Assembly (NCBI RefSeq): GCF_006345805.1
Contig: NC_042998.1
Coordinates: 157,418,001-157,482,000 of the forward strand
Source: Octopus sinensis
Taxonomy: Eukaryota
DNA length: 64,000 nt
Direction: 5' to 3'
The stretch's first letter is position 1. Every line of letters begins with the position of its first letter. A program made the position numbers and the translations under genes. Shown piece after piece: positions 9,896 to 21,949 of the stretch. The notes under the pieces were generated by a model, which was given only the letters and a program-made list of their open reading frames with translations, searched no databases and had not been told where the DNA came from.

Positions 9896-12060
9896 TTGAA
9901 GGATATTCCTATACCATCTAGAAAAGAATATATTTTGAAACTTATTAATAATATTAAATATTTCATTAATAAGATTAAATGGAAAGCCTACTACAATAAT
10001 TGTAACATATCTAATATTAACGATGTAGAGAATACTAATCATATCAATTCAAAATTTAAATCTAAGAAGGTACCCCTTTATAATAGGGATTTACAGGTTT
10101 TAGAGGATAATATTTGGAAGGTGGTGAAAAATATTAAACTTCATAAATATCCAAATAGACATAATGAATATTTAAGAAATCTAGCTATTAGAATAAAAGA
10201 AATGAGAAATATGGAAGGAATTATAGTACGATTGAATAAAACTAGGAACCTGTAGAAACTAGATGTTAAATTATATGATAACCTAATAGATAAAGAAATA
10301 AATAAAAAATAGGAAATGGTTCCAGTAAATACACTCTATAATATAAATAACGCCTCTAAATCAATCATGATGAAAGATAAGTTAGATAATAAAAATGAAC
10401 CTTATGTACCTATGTACCATAGAATTACTTTAAAAGACCATAAGGATAATTTTTATTTTGACCCAAAAGTTAGACTTATTTGTCCATGTAAATCAGATCT
10501 AGGTTAATTAAGATCATTTTAGATAAATATATTAATAGATTAAATGAAATTAATTACCTTAAACTTTGGACTAGTACTAATGATACTTTAAAATGGTTTA
10601 ATAATATTAAAGATAAAATAGATATAAATTCATTCAAATAGATATAGATAATTATTATTCTTCTATCAATGAGTTTGTACTTAATAAGGCCCTAATGTAT
10701 GCAATGTATAAGGTAGGAATGACTTATGATGAAGTTAATGTCATTAAAACGACTAGGTAAATCGTTGATTAGATATAATAATAAATTGTGGGCTAGGAAG
10801 GATACTAGGGACTCTTTTGATATACCTATGGGGGCACCCGATTCTGCACAGGCGACAGATTTAGTAGATATTTATTATCGAGACTTCAATTAGAAAAATT
10901 AAAGTTGGAGGGTGGTTTATATAGGGATCATCTTTTATTAATAACTAAGAATTGCACCAATAGAACACTAGAATTATATAAGATGAAACTGTATAATTTT
11001 TTAAAAAGATGTTGGTTAAGTATTACTATATATAATGAGAAATATAATGTTAATTATTTAGATGCTAATTTTAATTTAATAACAGGTAAAACACAACCAT
11101 TCCATAAGATTAATGAAAACCTTAGATATATTAATGCTAATAGTTATAATTCACCCTCAATTAAGGAATCATTGACAGATAATATAGGTAAAAGAATATC
11201 GTTGCTTTCATCCAATTTTGAGATTTTCCAAAAACACACACTTTATAATGAAGCCCTTAATTAATTATAGGTATTATGATAATAGAAAACATAAATATAA
11301 TAATAGAGTAAAATAAGATTAAATTTAATTCATTTAATGATAATAATAAATTTAATAATATAAAAAATAAATAAAATGATATAGATAATAAGAACAAAAT
11401 TTGGTTAATTATTCCTTATGGACCTCAAGTTAAAGCAAACATTATTAAAGAGATTTTAAATGTAATTGATGTATTCATTAGAGATAATAAGAAATATAAC
11501 AACATTTTGTTCTAGTAATAATTTTGGAGTTGGTTATTCTACTACTAATAATGTTGGTTTCATTATTTCTTCTTTAATAAATCCAAGCTGAATAAGTTTT
11601 ACAAAAACAAATCAAATAATTATTCCAATAATGATAATAAAGATCAGAATATAATTAATTGTACATGTAAAGATAAGTTTAAATGTAATTTGGATGATGT
11701 AGCATATAAATGTGTAGTGACTTTCATTGATGATAATAATAGGATTGGTTATAATTTAAATGCGATTGACATAGGGTCGACTTCTAATAAAATAAAATTA
11801 AGGGTAGCTCAACACATGAATTCTTTTAAGAATAGAAATTTAATTAATTCTACTGGCCTTAATAAATATATATGGGAACTAAAATCTAGACGTATTAAGA
11901 ACAATTTAAATTGGGAGATAGTTGTAAGGCAAAATCTTATCGAATAGGTAGTAACTTTTGTTTATTATGAACTAATGAATTTATTATTATCTAATAATTA
12001 AAAAATTGTTTAATTGCCTAGTTGAGCGAAAATTTAAATGTAGACATAAGTTAAATTACT
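9896..12060 (+). pseudogene. PLE RT / GIY-YIG endonuclease polyprotein, many stops and frameshifts
   Basis: SLKDIPIPSRKEY N-terminus; KVRLICPCKSDLG; IDIDNYYSSI; IPMGAPDSA; GGLYRDH (YRDD-like); VAYKCVV..IGSTSNKIKLRVAQHMNSF..STGLNKYIWELK. Confidence 0.9.
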
Positions 12061-12439
12061 TATATAATAAATTTAGCTAATTTGTGTATATATATAAGTT
12101 CTAGTTTATGTTACTAAGTGTTTGTAGTTATAATTTAAAGTAGTATAACGTGTATAAATTAGCACGAGATTATATAATGTATATTTCATAATTAGAATAA
12201 GATTAAACTAAGATGTTTATAAAATAAATTAATAAATTAATGAAAATAGATTAAATTATAGAAATTTAGCTTAATTTATGTATATTATGTAGTTTACGTA
12301 TTTTAGTTTTAAATTATTTACACTAAAATTTTCCAGTAAATGGCATATTACAGTTAGTTTTTTTCCTATTCTCAGAGCTAAAATGCTTTTAGTCCTTTTC
12401 ACAGCTTAAATACATATTTCTATCTATTTATTCTGTAAT

Positions 12440-12698
12440 TATTATTTACACCATGTTTTCTCCCCTTTCTTCCCTCCATCGTGAAGCTGTGGGGAAGGGA
12501 GTGTAAGGAAATCAACGTCGTAAAGCATTGTCAAGGAGACCAGCGTTCTTTTAGAACAACGACTTCATGGCTTGAAGACACCAAAACAGAAATGGCTAAG
12601 AAAGTCCGAATTGGCATCTATAAGGGAAGTAACTCTCTAAAAATGCTTATATAGTTATTTCCCTTACAAACCCGAGCAACGCCGGGCGATACTGCTAG
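12440..12698 (+). mobile_element. Non-autonomous Helitron-type 3' end inserted in the PLE 3' region (5' boundary uncertain)
   Basis: CCCGAGCAACGCCGGG hairpin at 12671-12686 followed by CTAG (12695-12698) and T. Confidence 0.7.
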
Positions 12699-12872
12699 TT
12701 TCTTATAAACGCAAAGTTCTACGTATTACGTTTAAAATTTTGGTTAACAGAAATTCTTCAATAAGATATGATTTTATTTTAAGTAATATTGTTAAATTTT
12801 ATTTGATTAATTATTCTTAAAACACGTATTTTTATATATTCATTTGTTGATTATTATAAGTTAAGATACGTC

Positions 12873-12911
<39 letters not shown>

Positions 12912-12925
12912 TATTATTATTATTT

Positions 12926-13046
12926 TAGACCTGATGAGTGATTATATTTTAAATATAATTAATTGTAGATCGATTTAATTTTAAATCGCATTGATTTTAT
13001 AACTAATATCTATTTGAAGACATAGCCACGAATCGCGCGTAGTCAA
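12926..13046 (+). ncRNA. Type I hammerhead motif, 92-nt stem II, one core change (A15.1 to U)
   Basis: TAGAC/GTCAA stem I; CTGATGA 12931-12937; GTG/CAC closes stem II; GAATC-GCGC-GTA 13030-13041. Confidence 0.78.
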
Positions 13047-13232
13047 TTTACTATTTATAGATTATGTAATTTATTGGTTTTTAGAATAGTGTTTCTATAG
13101 TATATTTAATGGTGTGAATAGCGTCTTTCGCTATTAATAGAGGTTTTTCTCTAAATTATATACATTTATTATATATTGTGAAATTTGATTTTTTCCCTGT
13201 GAGTTTGGAATTATATTCCCTACTATCATTAT

Positions 13233-13266
<34 letters not shown>

Positions 13267-14096
13267 CCATTTAGGTATGGGCATGATTGTGGGCATATAC
13301 GAATGTAAGTTGTCTAGTAAAGAGTTGTACTGTATTCGTCTTTATGCATTCTTTTCGAAGTTCATTCTGGCATAGTAATCGATAACATCGAAAAGGTGCA
13401 AGAGTAATATATCTACAGCCATCACATAATTTTACGAACTTGGCTAATTCTGGTAGAATCTTCACACAGTCCGCTGTTAATAATTGTTCTTACAAGAACT
13501 TTAGAGGTGTATATTCTGTAAGTAAACCAATGATTTTTAGTATACACATCTTTATTATTTTTTAGTAATATCTTCGTTTATACCTCACAAAGTAACATAC
13601 GATTCAACAAAAGGAAACTGTGCCATACAAGCCGTTTCACTTTACATCCCCTAGCATTACGGGATAAAATTGTAAGTATTTTTTCCTTCACTGCAATGTA
13701 TTCCACCAAACTCATATACTTAAGTTTCATGTCACTGGAGACCATTTCCCAAAAACTTTGAATTCTGGTAGTAAAGGCGACAGTGCAGATTCAACATCCT
13801 AGTTTCTGCGCATAGGATTATGCACGCACCATTCGCATACACACACATAGACACACATACACACACGCACACTCACACACAAATACATACACACAGATGC
13901 ACACATATATTGTTTAAAAGAGTGGGATACGTCTCAAACCAAATTAGAGCTTCACACACCTCCAACACAAGCCCATCTCCTCCAGGTTATGGATTGTCGT
14001 ATAGAGAAATATAAGACGATAAAGATGGCTACCGGAAGATAGACTGCTTGGTTCAAGGCGGTTTATATGGTTTTTGTCAAATAATATCATGTTGTC

Positions 14097-14142
<46 letters not shown>

Positions 14143-14164
14143 ATCTTTCTTTCTCTCTCTCTCT

Positions 14165-14207
<43 letters not shown>

Positions 14208-14342
14208 CAGTCCAGCAAACAATTTAGATTCAAATGAATATGGTACTTAATTTAGATGCACCAGAATTTTTTATGGTATTATCCATAAAAATATGCGGGG
14301 TGATTATAATCAAAAATAAGCAACAAGAATGGATCCGGTAAT

Positions 14343-14427
14343 CTAGTACAATTGTTTCATACTAAAACATTTTATTAAAGCTGTAAATATTACAGCAGAT
14401 ATAATATGTCAAGTAATCTTCAGCTAA
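14343..14427 (-). ncRNA. Type I hammerhead motif, mirror copy in the left arm
   Basis: TCTTCAG at 14417-14423 and CTAG-TAC-AATT-GTTTC at 14343-14358 on the plus strand. Confidence 0.8.
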
Positions 14428-14554
14428 TTTCATATAGGTTTTCCAATAATATAAAGTTCCCAAATCAATTAGTAATATCCTAGAGAATTTTACCTTCTCT
14501 AGGATGTTACTAATTGATTTGAGAACTTTATATTATTGGAAAACCTATATGAAA

Positions 14555-14639
14555 TTAGCTGAAGATTACTTGACATACTATATCTGCTGTAGTATTTACA
14601 GCTTTAATAAAATGTTTTAGTATGAAACAATTGTACTAG
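14555..14639 (+). ncRNA. Type I hammerhead motif, intact core, 58-nt stem II
   Basis: TTAG/CTAG stem I; CTGAAGA 14559-14565; GAAAC-AATT-GTA 14624-14635. Confidence 0.8.
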
Positions 14640-14723
14640 ATTACCGGATCCATTCTTGTTGCTTATTTTTGTGTATATATATATATATATATATAAATAT
14701 ATCTCTGTGTGTATAGATATATG

Positions 14724-14757
<34 letters not shown>

Positions 14758-14914
14758 ATATATACATATATATATAATTAAAATCACAATAAGGGTGAAA
14801 AAAATTGAATATTAATTAATAACATCAATTGAAAACACCAAGTGGCCTAGCGTATAAAGACTGGGATACAGTAAAAATAAATAAGACAAATATTCAAAAT
14901 ACATACATATATAT

Positions 14915-14978
<64 letters not shown>

Positions 14979-15040
14979 CAAAAAGCACAATAATACTTAA
15001 GACCACCACATACATGCACACAAATAAACCTACATGAATA

Positions 15041-15077
<37 letters not shown>

Positions 15078-15233
15078 GCATGTATCCACACATACAAATC
15101 CAATAATGACCACAATATGTTTATGTATTTTGAATATTTGTCTTATTATTCATTTTCTTGTTTTTATTGGATAGTATGTGAAGCATGTTTATTATATATC
15201 AATATTATTATTATACTTTTCTAGTTATGTATA

Positions 15234-15365
15234 TCCTCTGACGAGACATTTGGTTATTTAAACAGACAAATATAATTTTTAATGCTTAGGACTATATTAC
15301 AATGGCATCTATAGGCAATTTAAGTTGAATTGACTCTTGACCATAGGCTGAAACAGCTGTTAGGA
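15234..15365 (+). ncRNA. Type I hammerhead motif, 105-nt stem II
   Basis: TCCT/AGGA stem I; CTGACGA 15238-15244; basal stem II GACATTTGGTTA/TGACCATAGGCT (9 of 12 positions pair); GAAAC-AGCT-GTT 15350-15361. Confidence 0.75.
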
Positions 15366-15568
15366 GCAGTTTATTTGTATTATTTTTATTTTTATTATTA
15401 TATTACATATTGATGTATATTGTTTTGTTCGATTTTGATGTTCCACTTTGTATAATTAATAAATAATATGAAATTGTAATATCCGTAAGTTGATGATCGA
15501 AATGAATTTGTTTCGCCATTTTCGTATTTGTATTATATGTATGTATATATATCTTATATATATATATG

Positions 15569-15656
<88 letters not shown>

Positions 15657-15704
15657 TTATATATGTATATATAATATATATATATATATATATAAATACA
15701 AAAT

Positions 15705-15945
15705 GGGACAAGACTGCAAAATATCCAGACAGTTAGGTGATAAAAAAAGGGACAACAAACATCCAGATACAAAGAAAACAAGGACGAGTCATTCGGAGTT
15801 TTCTTTCCTCAGTTGAGTTCCAGATTATCTTTGCAATTTCGGCTGCTTATGTTCGATATTGCTCCAATCTGGCCAGCCCCAAGGAAAAACTAAGCTAAAA
15901 GCATTAGTTTCCTTGGAATATAGCAGCGAATGTATACATATGTAT
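15705..15945 (-). mobile_element. Family F-related repeat fragment
   Basis: TTTCCTCAGTTGAG...CTAAGCTAAAAGCATTAG is homologous to 50518-50620. Confidence 0.6.
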
Positions 15946-16092
15946 AGATGCATATATATGTAGATGTAAATATACATATATATCTAAATATTTGTATATA
16001 TATATATGTATATGTATGTACATATCTAAATATATGTATATATCTATATATCTATTTGTACGTATGTTTATATCTGCATGTATATATATTTG

Positions 16093-16199
<107 letters not shown>

Positions 16200-16426
16200 A
16201 TCTAATATAGGATAGAATTTTTCGAAAAAAATTCTATCAATGGCCAGCATATTAAAAAATACCTTTAAAGGTTAAATTTATGAACAATTTATAAGTAAGG
16301 GCAAAAGAAAAAAGTTCTAATGCCAAAATATGCCGAAAATAGACACTACGTCAACAACCATGTAATTTAACGCTACAAGCACGTATTTCAAAGAAAGCCG
16401 ACAGAAATTTCAAAAAAATTCCGTTA

Positions 16427-16484
16427 TTACCATATCGGACCCGATTTCAGAGTTAGTTCATAAGAACCTTCTCTTCATCGGTAA
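16427..16484 (-). ncRNA. Degenerate type I hammerhead motif (apparent 3-nt deletion removing C3/U4)
   Basis: Minus strand TTACC-GATGA-AGAG...CTCT-GAAA-TCGG-GT-CCGA-TA-TGGTAA; restoring ACT gives TTACCA/TGGTAA stem I and CTGATGA. Confidence 0.65.
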
Positions 16485-16647
16485 ATAAATACTTACTTAT
16501 ACCTATGGAAGAAGCGAGCACTAATCCACGAGCACAATTAAGTACCACAATTTATCACAATTGTAGTGATAAATAACATGGTAGTGTCTATATTCAGTAC
16601 ATTTTGGCATCAGAATTTTTTTCTTTTGCCCTTATTTATAAATTGTT

Positions 16648-16681
<34 letters not shown>

Positions 16682-16692
16682 TATATATATAT

Positions 16693-16725
<33 letters not shown>

Positions 16726-16989
16726 CTATATACATATATATGTAGATATATCTATATCTTTATATATGTATATATATGTACATATAAATATCTATATATA
16801 TGTATATATATATGTATATATATATATGTATATATATATGTACATGTAAATATCTATCTATATATATATATCGGTGCATATGTATATATGTATATATATA
16901 TATGTACATATATATGTATATATGGATAAATATATGTTTAAATGTATGTATATATGTATATAAATATATACGTATATATATGTATATAT

Positions 16990-17084
<95 letters not shown>

Positions 17085-17126
17085 ATATGTATTTGTGTTT
17101 GTGTGTTTAAGTATATATGTATATAT

Positions 17127-17830
17127 ACAGGGTGTTTAATGCATTTGAGGATACATTTATGTTTATACAATACCAATATATAATAACTTTATTAAAAATG
17201 CTCTGAGGATAAAAATAAACCTGTTTTTCTATAATGTTATTCAATAAATCCACCTTCAGCTTCATGAACTGCTTCTATAAGAGATCTAAATCATCTACAT
17301 GCTCAAATGGATGGAGATCTGGGGAATTAGGTTGCCAATTTTTAGGGGTTAGATGATCATGAAAGGTTTTTGCCAGCCCTTCCTTTTCTGCTAGAGCTAT
17401 GTGTTACAGTGCAGAGACTTACTGAAACACATGCGGCATTCCATTGCATACACTGTCTATCCAGGGCTTAACAATTATTTCCAGTACCTTAATGTTGGCG
17501 GCAGATCTAACTCTAAGTCCTTTTGGAAAGAGGTAATGAGGTATCACATGTCCCTAATTGCTGACAACCACTATAAAAACGTGACGGTTGCAGGACATTT
17601 TATATGCATAACAGTTGGAACTTCAGAAGTGTCTGCACGTAGCCGTCTGTCATTTCTTCTGTGAACTTTTGATCTTGGTGGAAGGTTTTCTCGTTTGCGG
17701 AAAACCAAATGAAGACTTTTTTGCTGGATTTTTTAGTTTGTTTAGCCTATGTTCGGGTCTGGGATATGAAGTAGCAGTGTATAAAATTTTAAAGAAACCG
17801 GATGAAAAATGAGGAGTTATTGAAGTACAT
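17127..17830 (-). mobile_element. maT (DD37D-like) Tc1/mariner transposon, 3' part, degenerate
   Basis: Starts TA-CAGGGTG; minus strand encodes WQPNSPDL; homologous to 25316-26420. Confidence 0.75.
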
Positions 17831-17955
17831 TAAGTCTTTGTAGACACACACGCACTTACGCACACACAATACACACACCCTCAAATTCAATTATATATAT
17901 AGATGATACAGGCTTAAGCAACACTGGTAATTCCTTCAACTGAAATACACATCGT

Positions 17956-18800
17956 ATGCCACTACAACGTTACCGTTTGAGAAATCACACGGAAAAAGAA
18001 TACAGGCTAGAAGGTACTGGTTATGTCAATGATCTACCAAAGAAAACTCATAGACACATGCGACATAGTAATTCATCTGCTTGTTCCAATCCTGTACAGC
18101 ACACGAGATCAAATAAACCTAACAACAAATGTAGGAATCAGGATGTCCTCTGGTTCAACCCAATTTTCGGTTTGTATGTTTCAACCAGGATCGCCGGAAA
18201 TTTGTTTGCTGCTTTGGACAAGTGTTTTCCTAAATCTAATCGGTACCATGCTATTTTTAATCAGCACATCGTGGAGCTATCCTACGCTTACTTTGCTAAT
18301 TTGGAGCAGCTTATGCATCCCATAAACAATAGCAAAATGCGACAAAGATTCAATAACCCACCTACTTGATGTAGCAAGCATTTACATCTAAATGTCAACC
18401 AAGGAGATGTAAACCGCATTGATAATCATCAACTTCGACCAATTTATAGTAGTAGAAATACTCATGGTACAGCTAACACAATAAAAACGCCGGTAAATGA
18501 AGTCAGGACTGCTTTAGGTACAAATCTAAACGATAAATGCTCATGTAAGGATAAATCAAAATGTTTGATTACAATTCTTGTATATAAATGTAAGGTGCAC
18601 ACAAGGGGAGGGTCTTATGTTTACATTGGGCAGACGGCTGATTCATTTAAAAATCGTTATCGTAATCCTGTTGCCAGATTCAGGCCAATCAATAAGAGAC
18701 ATTCAACATCTTTGGCAGAATTTATATGACGAGTGAAGGAGGCTTATGCGGAATACTACATTACTTGTTCGGTTCATAGTTAGACATGCAAAACCATACA
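17956..18800 (+). pseudogene. PLE linker plus GIY-YIG endonuclease fragment
   Basis: RNQDVLWFNP..LDKCFPKSNRYHAIFN..LSY; CSCKDKSKC; LVYKCKV..YVYIGQTADSFKNRY..STSLAEFI. Confidence 0.85.
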
Positions 18801-19075
18801 GTGCGCACCACTTCAATATCCCCCCGAACGACCTGAGAGACCTGCATGGGGTGGATGTAGTTGTCTTCAAATTAAAGCTGGACCTCTTCCTATCAAGTGT
18901 CCCAGGTGAACCAGCTTCACAGCAGGAGGTGCAGATGAGGACAGCTGCATCAAACTCTCTCTTGCACCAAATGTCAATTCCTAAAAAGCATTCGTGAAGT
19001 AAAATTATGTAGCAACATCAAATGGTGGTGCCCCAACATGGCCACAGCTCGTGAGCTGAAACTAGATATAATAAA
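18800..19075 (+). mobile_element. CR1-type LINE 3' end
   Basis: FNIPPNDLRDLHGVDVVVFKLKLDLFLSSVPGEP C-terminus, then GGTGGTGC..CATGGCC-hairpin-AAAC tail and A-rich end. Confidence 0.75.
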
Positions 19076-19399
19076 AATAAAGTAAAGTAAAAAAAAAAAA
19101 ACGTAAATATAACACAAACAATATTCTCAGACCATAACATGATGAAATTGACAATGTATGCCCCGGAATTAACTAGAGATAAACTCCGTACAGATGGCGC
19201 TCAAAACCTATCCAGCCTAAATTTCTATAATGTTCATTTGAAAACATAATACAGCAGGACTGGCCTAAAAGCCTCTCTCTGCAAGACATAGATATGAAAC
19301 TCAATAAATTTATGTCAATAATGCGAGCCATATGTATTCAATATGTTCCAGAGAAGACAGCCAATTCACACAAAAACATCATTCACCGAGACAGGGGAA

Positions 19400-20800
19400 T
19401 ACGCATACGGCGGAGAATAAAGATCACGAATTGTTTAAGCAAACATCTCAATGACAATGTGAATTCCCACTTGACAGCGAAACTCTTCGAGACTGAAAAA
19501 AACTCAAAATCTCCCATGATAAAGAAAGAGAAGAAAAAGAAACCTGGGCAGTCGAAAATATGTAAAGAAGTTATAAAGCATTCTACACATTGGCAAAGGA
19601 GTTTGCCTCAGTACGATTTGAAATGGAGCCACTACTTGATAAGAACAGCTCATTAACTGCAGACACAGTTAAGATAAGTGAAGCATTAAATAAACAATTC
19701 CGAAGTGTTTTCACTTCTCCACTGGAAAATATGCAAATAAAAATGCTGAGGAGTTTTCAATGTAACAAATCTATTCGGAAAAAAGGCAACCTTCGATTAC
19801 ATCAACATAACAGAAGAGGATGTAGTATTGATGAGACGTGATCAAACACAGCAACAGGCCTAAATGGATTCCGGGCCGCTCTCTTAAAGACACGCAAAAA
19901 GGCTCTTGCAAAGTCACTGAAGATACTCTCTCACAGTTTCCTTGCATGTGGTAAACTTTCCAACATGTTAAAAGAGAGTATCATATGTCCTGTTCATAAA
20001 GGAGGAAGCAGAGCAGATGCTAAAAACTACAGGCCCAACTCTCTGAGCTCACATATCAGTAAGACAATGGAACGCATTGCCAGAAAAAGGCTGATCACTT
20101 TCCTAGAAGAAAACAACCTTCTCACAAGCATGCAACATGACTGTTGTCCAGGGAGGAACTGCTGCAGCATTTTGACTAGGTACTGAAACAACAGCTAAAC
20201 CAGTCAGTTGTAGACGTGATATACCTCGACTTTGCCAAGGCCTTCGACAAGCTTGATCATGACATGATATGTCATCAACTGAAAAACCTTGGTATTACTG
20301 GGGAACTGGGAGAATGGTGGAATGATTTTCTGAATGGCAGGTGTCAGACAGTTGTAGCCAATGTTTCTCACTCTGAAGTGACACCAATTCTCAGCAGATT
20401 CTCACAGGGAACTGTACTGGTGTCACTACTATTTGTGGTGGCCTTCTCAGAAATGCCCTCCCCGTTATAGTCTGCCAGTCTGCCCAGTTATGCTGACGGC
20501 ACAAAAATTGCAGGCAGTTAGAAACCTAGAGGTCATCGTAAAACTACAGAAATTACCTGAATGAAATATACAAATGGGCTAACAAAAATAACATGCAGCT
20601 CAATGCTATGAAATTTTAGGCACTCCCTTATCGGTCCACTACCAGGCTAAAATCGAAATATACTGGACAAGAAGGTAATGCGATCCGAGAGTCGGTGCGT
20701 GACCTGTGGGTTCACATGAGCCATGATGCAAAATTCCATGTGCATATTACCAAGATGGCAACACTGCGCGGGTTGGATAGATTCTGAGGAAATTCAGAAC
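19400..20800 (+). pseudogene. CR1-type LINE reverse transcriptase fragment
   Basis: ICPVHKGGSRADAKNYRP; YLDFAKAFDKLDH; QGTVLVSLLF; YADGT. Confidence 0.85.
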
Positions 20801-21559
20801 CAAGAAAACTTCATTTGTGTCAAAAAAGGGAGGCACCACGAAATTTTGTCAGTGAACAGTACACGCGCACACATATATTCATTACTTTTCATTTGTGTGC
20901 ATGTGTATCTGTGCGTGTGTGCGAATGTGTATTGCTGTGTGTATGGGTGTGTGTACGTGTATGTGTGTGTGTGTGTACCACTGTTGAAGTAGTGTTCGTA
21001 AATTATGAATAAGGTGCAAATCACCCTTAAAACACTTGGTTGTGAAGTGTAAAACCTTTTCATAAAAGTTCAAAACCTTTTCATACAAAGATGCCCTCAC
21101 TTCCATCCCATCATTTCGAAGGCAACGGTTAAAAAAAATATGGGGAAAATCCCCGAAAAAAGTTTTCTCACAAATTTCTTTATAATCGTAATCTGTGCTA
21201 TTTGAAAGGGATTTGTATAAATTTTCATGAAAAGACACCCATTTTCCTGAAAGTTATGAGGGAATGAAACTCCACTCTCCACACGCTCGCAAAAATTCTT
21301 TCGCATAAATCCCTACATACTCTGAAGCTAAAACATCTAAGCGGTATTTGTATAACATATTGTTTAAAGGTATCCATTTTTCTGGATGGTATGAGGCAAC
21401 AAATTCGGAGGCGTATATATCTGTAGTAATACCTTTTATTAATACGATTATTTCATTTCATGTGTATTTCATTCATTGTTTGCAATGTTCTCTCTCTGTC
21501 TCTCTCCCACACACTCCAAAAGTTATAGTTGGGCTGCTGAATTGAAATTTCTATGTTGC

Positions 21560-21782
21560 TTTGAGGGGGAGGTAAAACTTGAGAAACTACTTCTCCCTCT
21601 GTTGTTGGATTATTTTCATGTTTGCTTAAAAACGAGAGATTATGATTGTGATAAAAATAATGAAAGCAATTTCGAAGGTAGAGACAAGATGCAATTTCGT
21701 TAAAACAGTCGTTTCCGCAATGCAAATGAAATAAAATTTGGGATTTTTTCACGTTTTTTTGACGTCCTGTATCCATATCTGC

Positions 21783-21790
<8 letters not shown>
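21560..21790 (-). mobile_element. Family F fragment with an internal inversion junction
   Basis: Minus-strand AATTTTATTTCATTTGC..CTGTTTTAACGAA..TTCGAAA joined at ~21740 to a plus-strand GACGTCCTGTATCCATAT end. Confidence 0.6.
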
Positions 21791-21837
<47 letters not shown>

Positions 21838-21949
21838 CGTGCGTGTGTGTGCGTGTGTGTAGGCATGTACATGTAGTGTGTATATATGCACACACACATA
21901 TATTATTAAAATTATTATATGATCGAACGCCACGCATCCATTTCCAAGT

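Larger units (their letters stand above)
9641..13240 (+). mobile_element. Near full-length Penelope-like element with 5' inversion and 3' pLTR hammerhead
   Basis: Degenerate RT plus GIY-YIG ORF; hammerhead at 12926-13046; 9641-9779 is an inverted copy of 13039-13157; 9780-9805 matches 13210-13235 directly; (TA)n at both ends. Confidence 0.88.
14311..14671. repeat. 361-nt foldback: 177-bp inverted arms, 7-nt loop, 4 mismatches
   Basis: 14311-14487 reverse-complements 14495-14671; loop TTTTACC; all four differences are transitions. Confidence 0.97.

Noticed and set aside
13271-13465. 64-aa minus-strand ORF and neighbouring non-repeat DNA as a host exon
   Set aside because: No recognisable domain and no convincing splice-site pair; an RNA-seq alignment would be needed.
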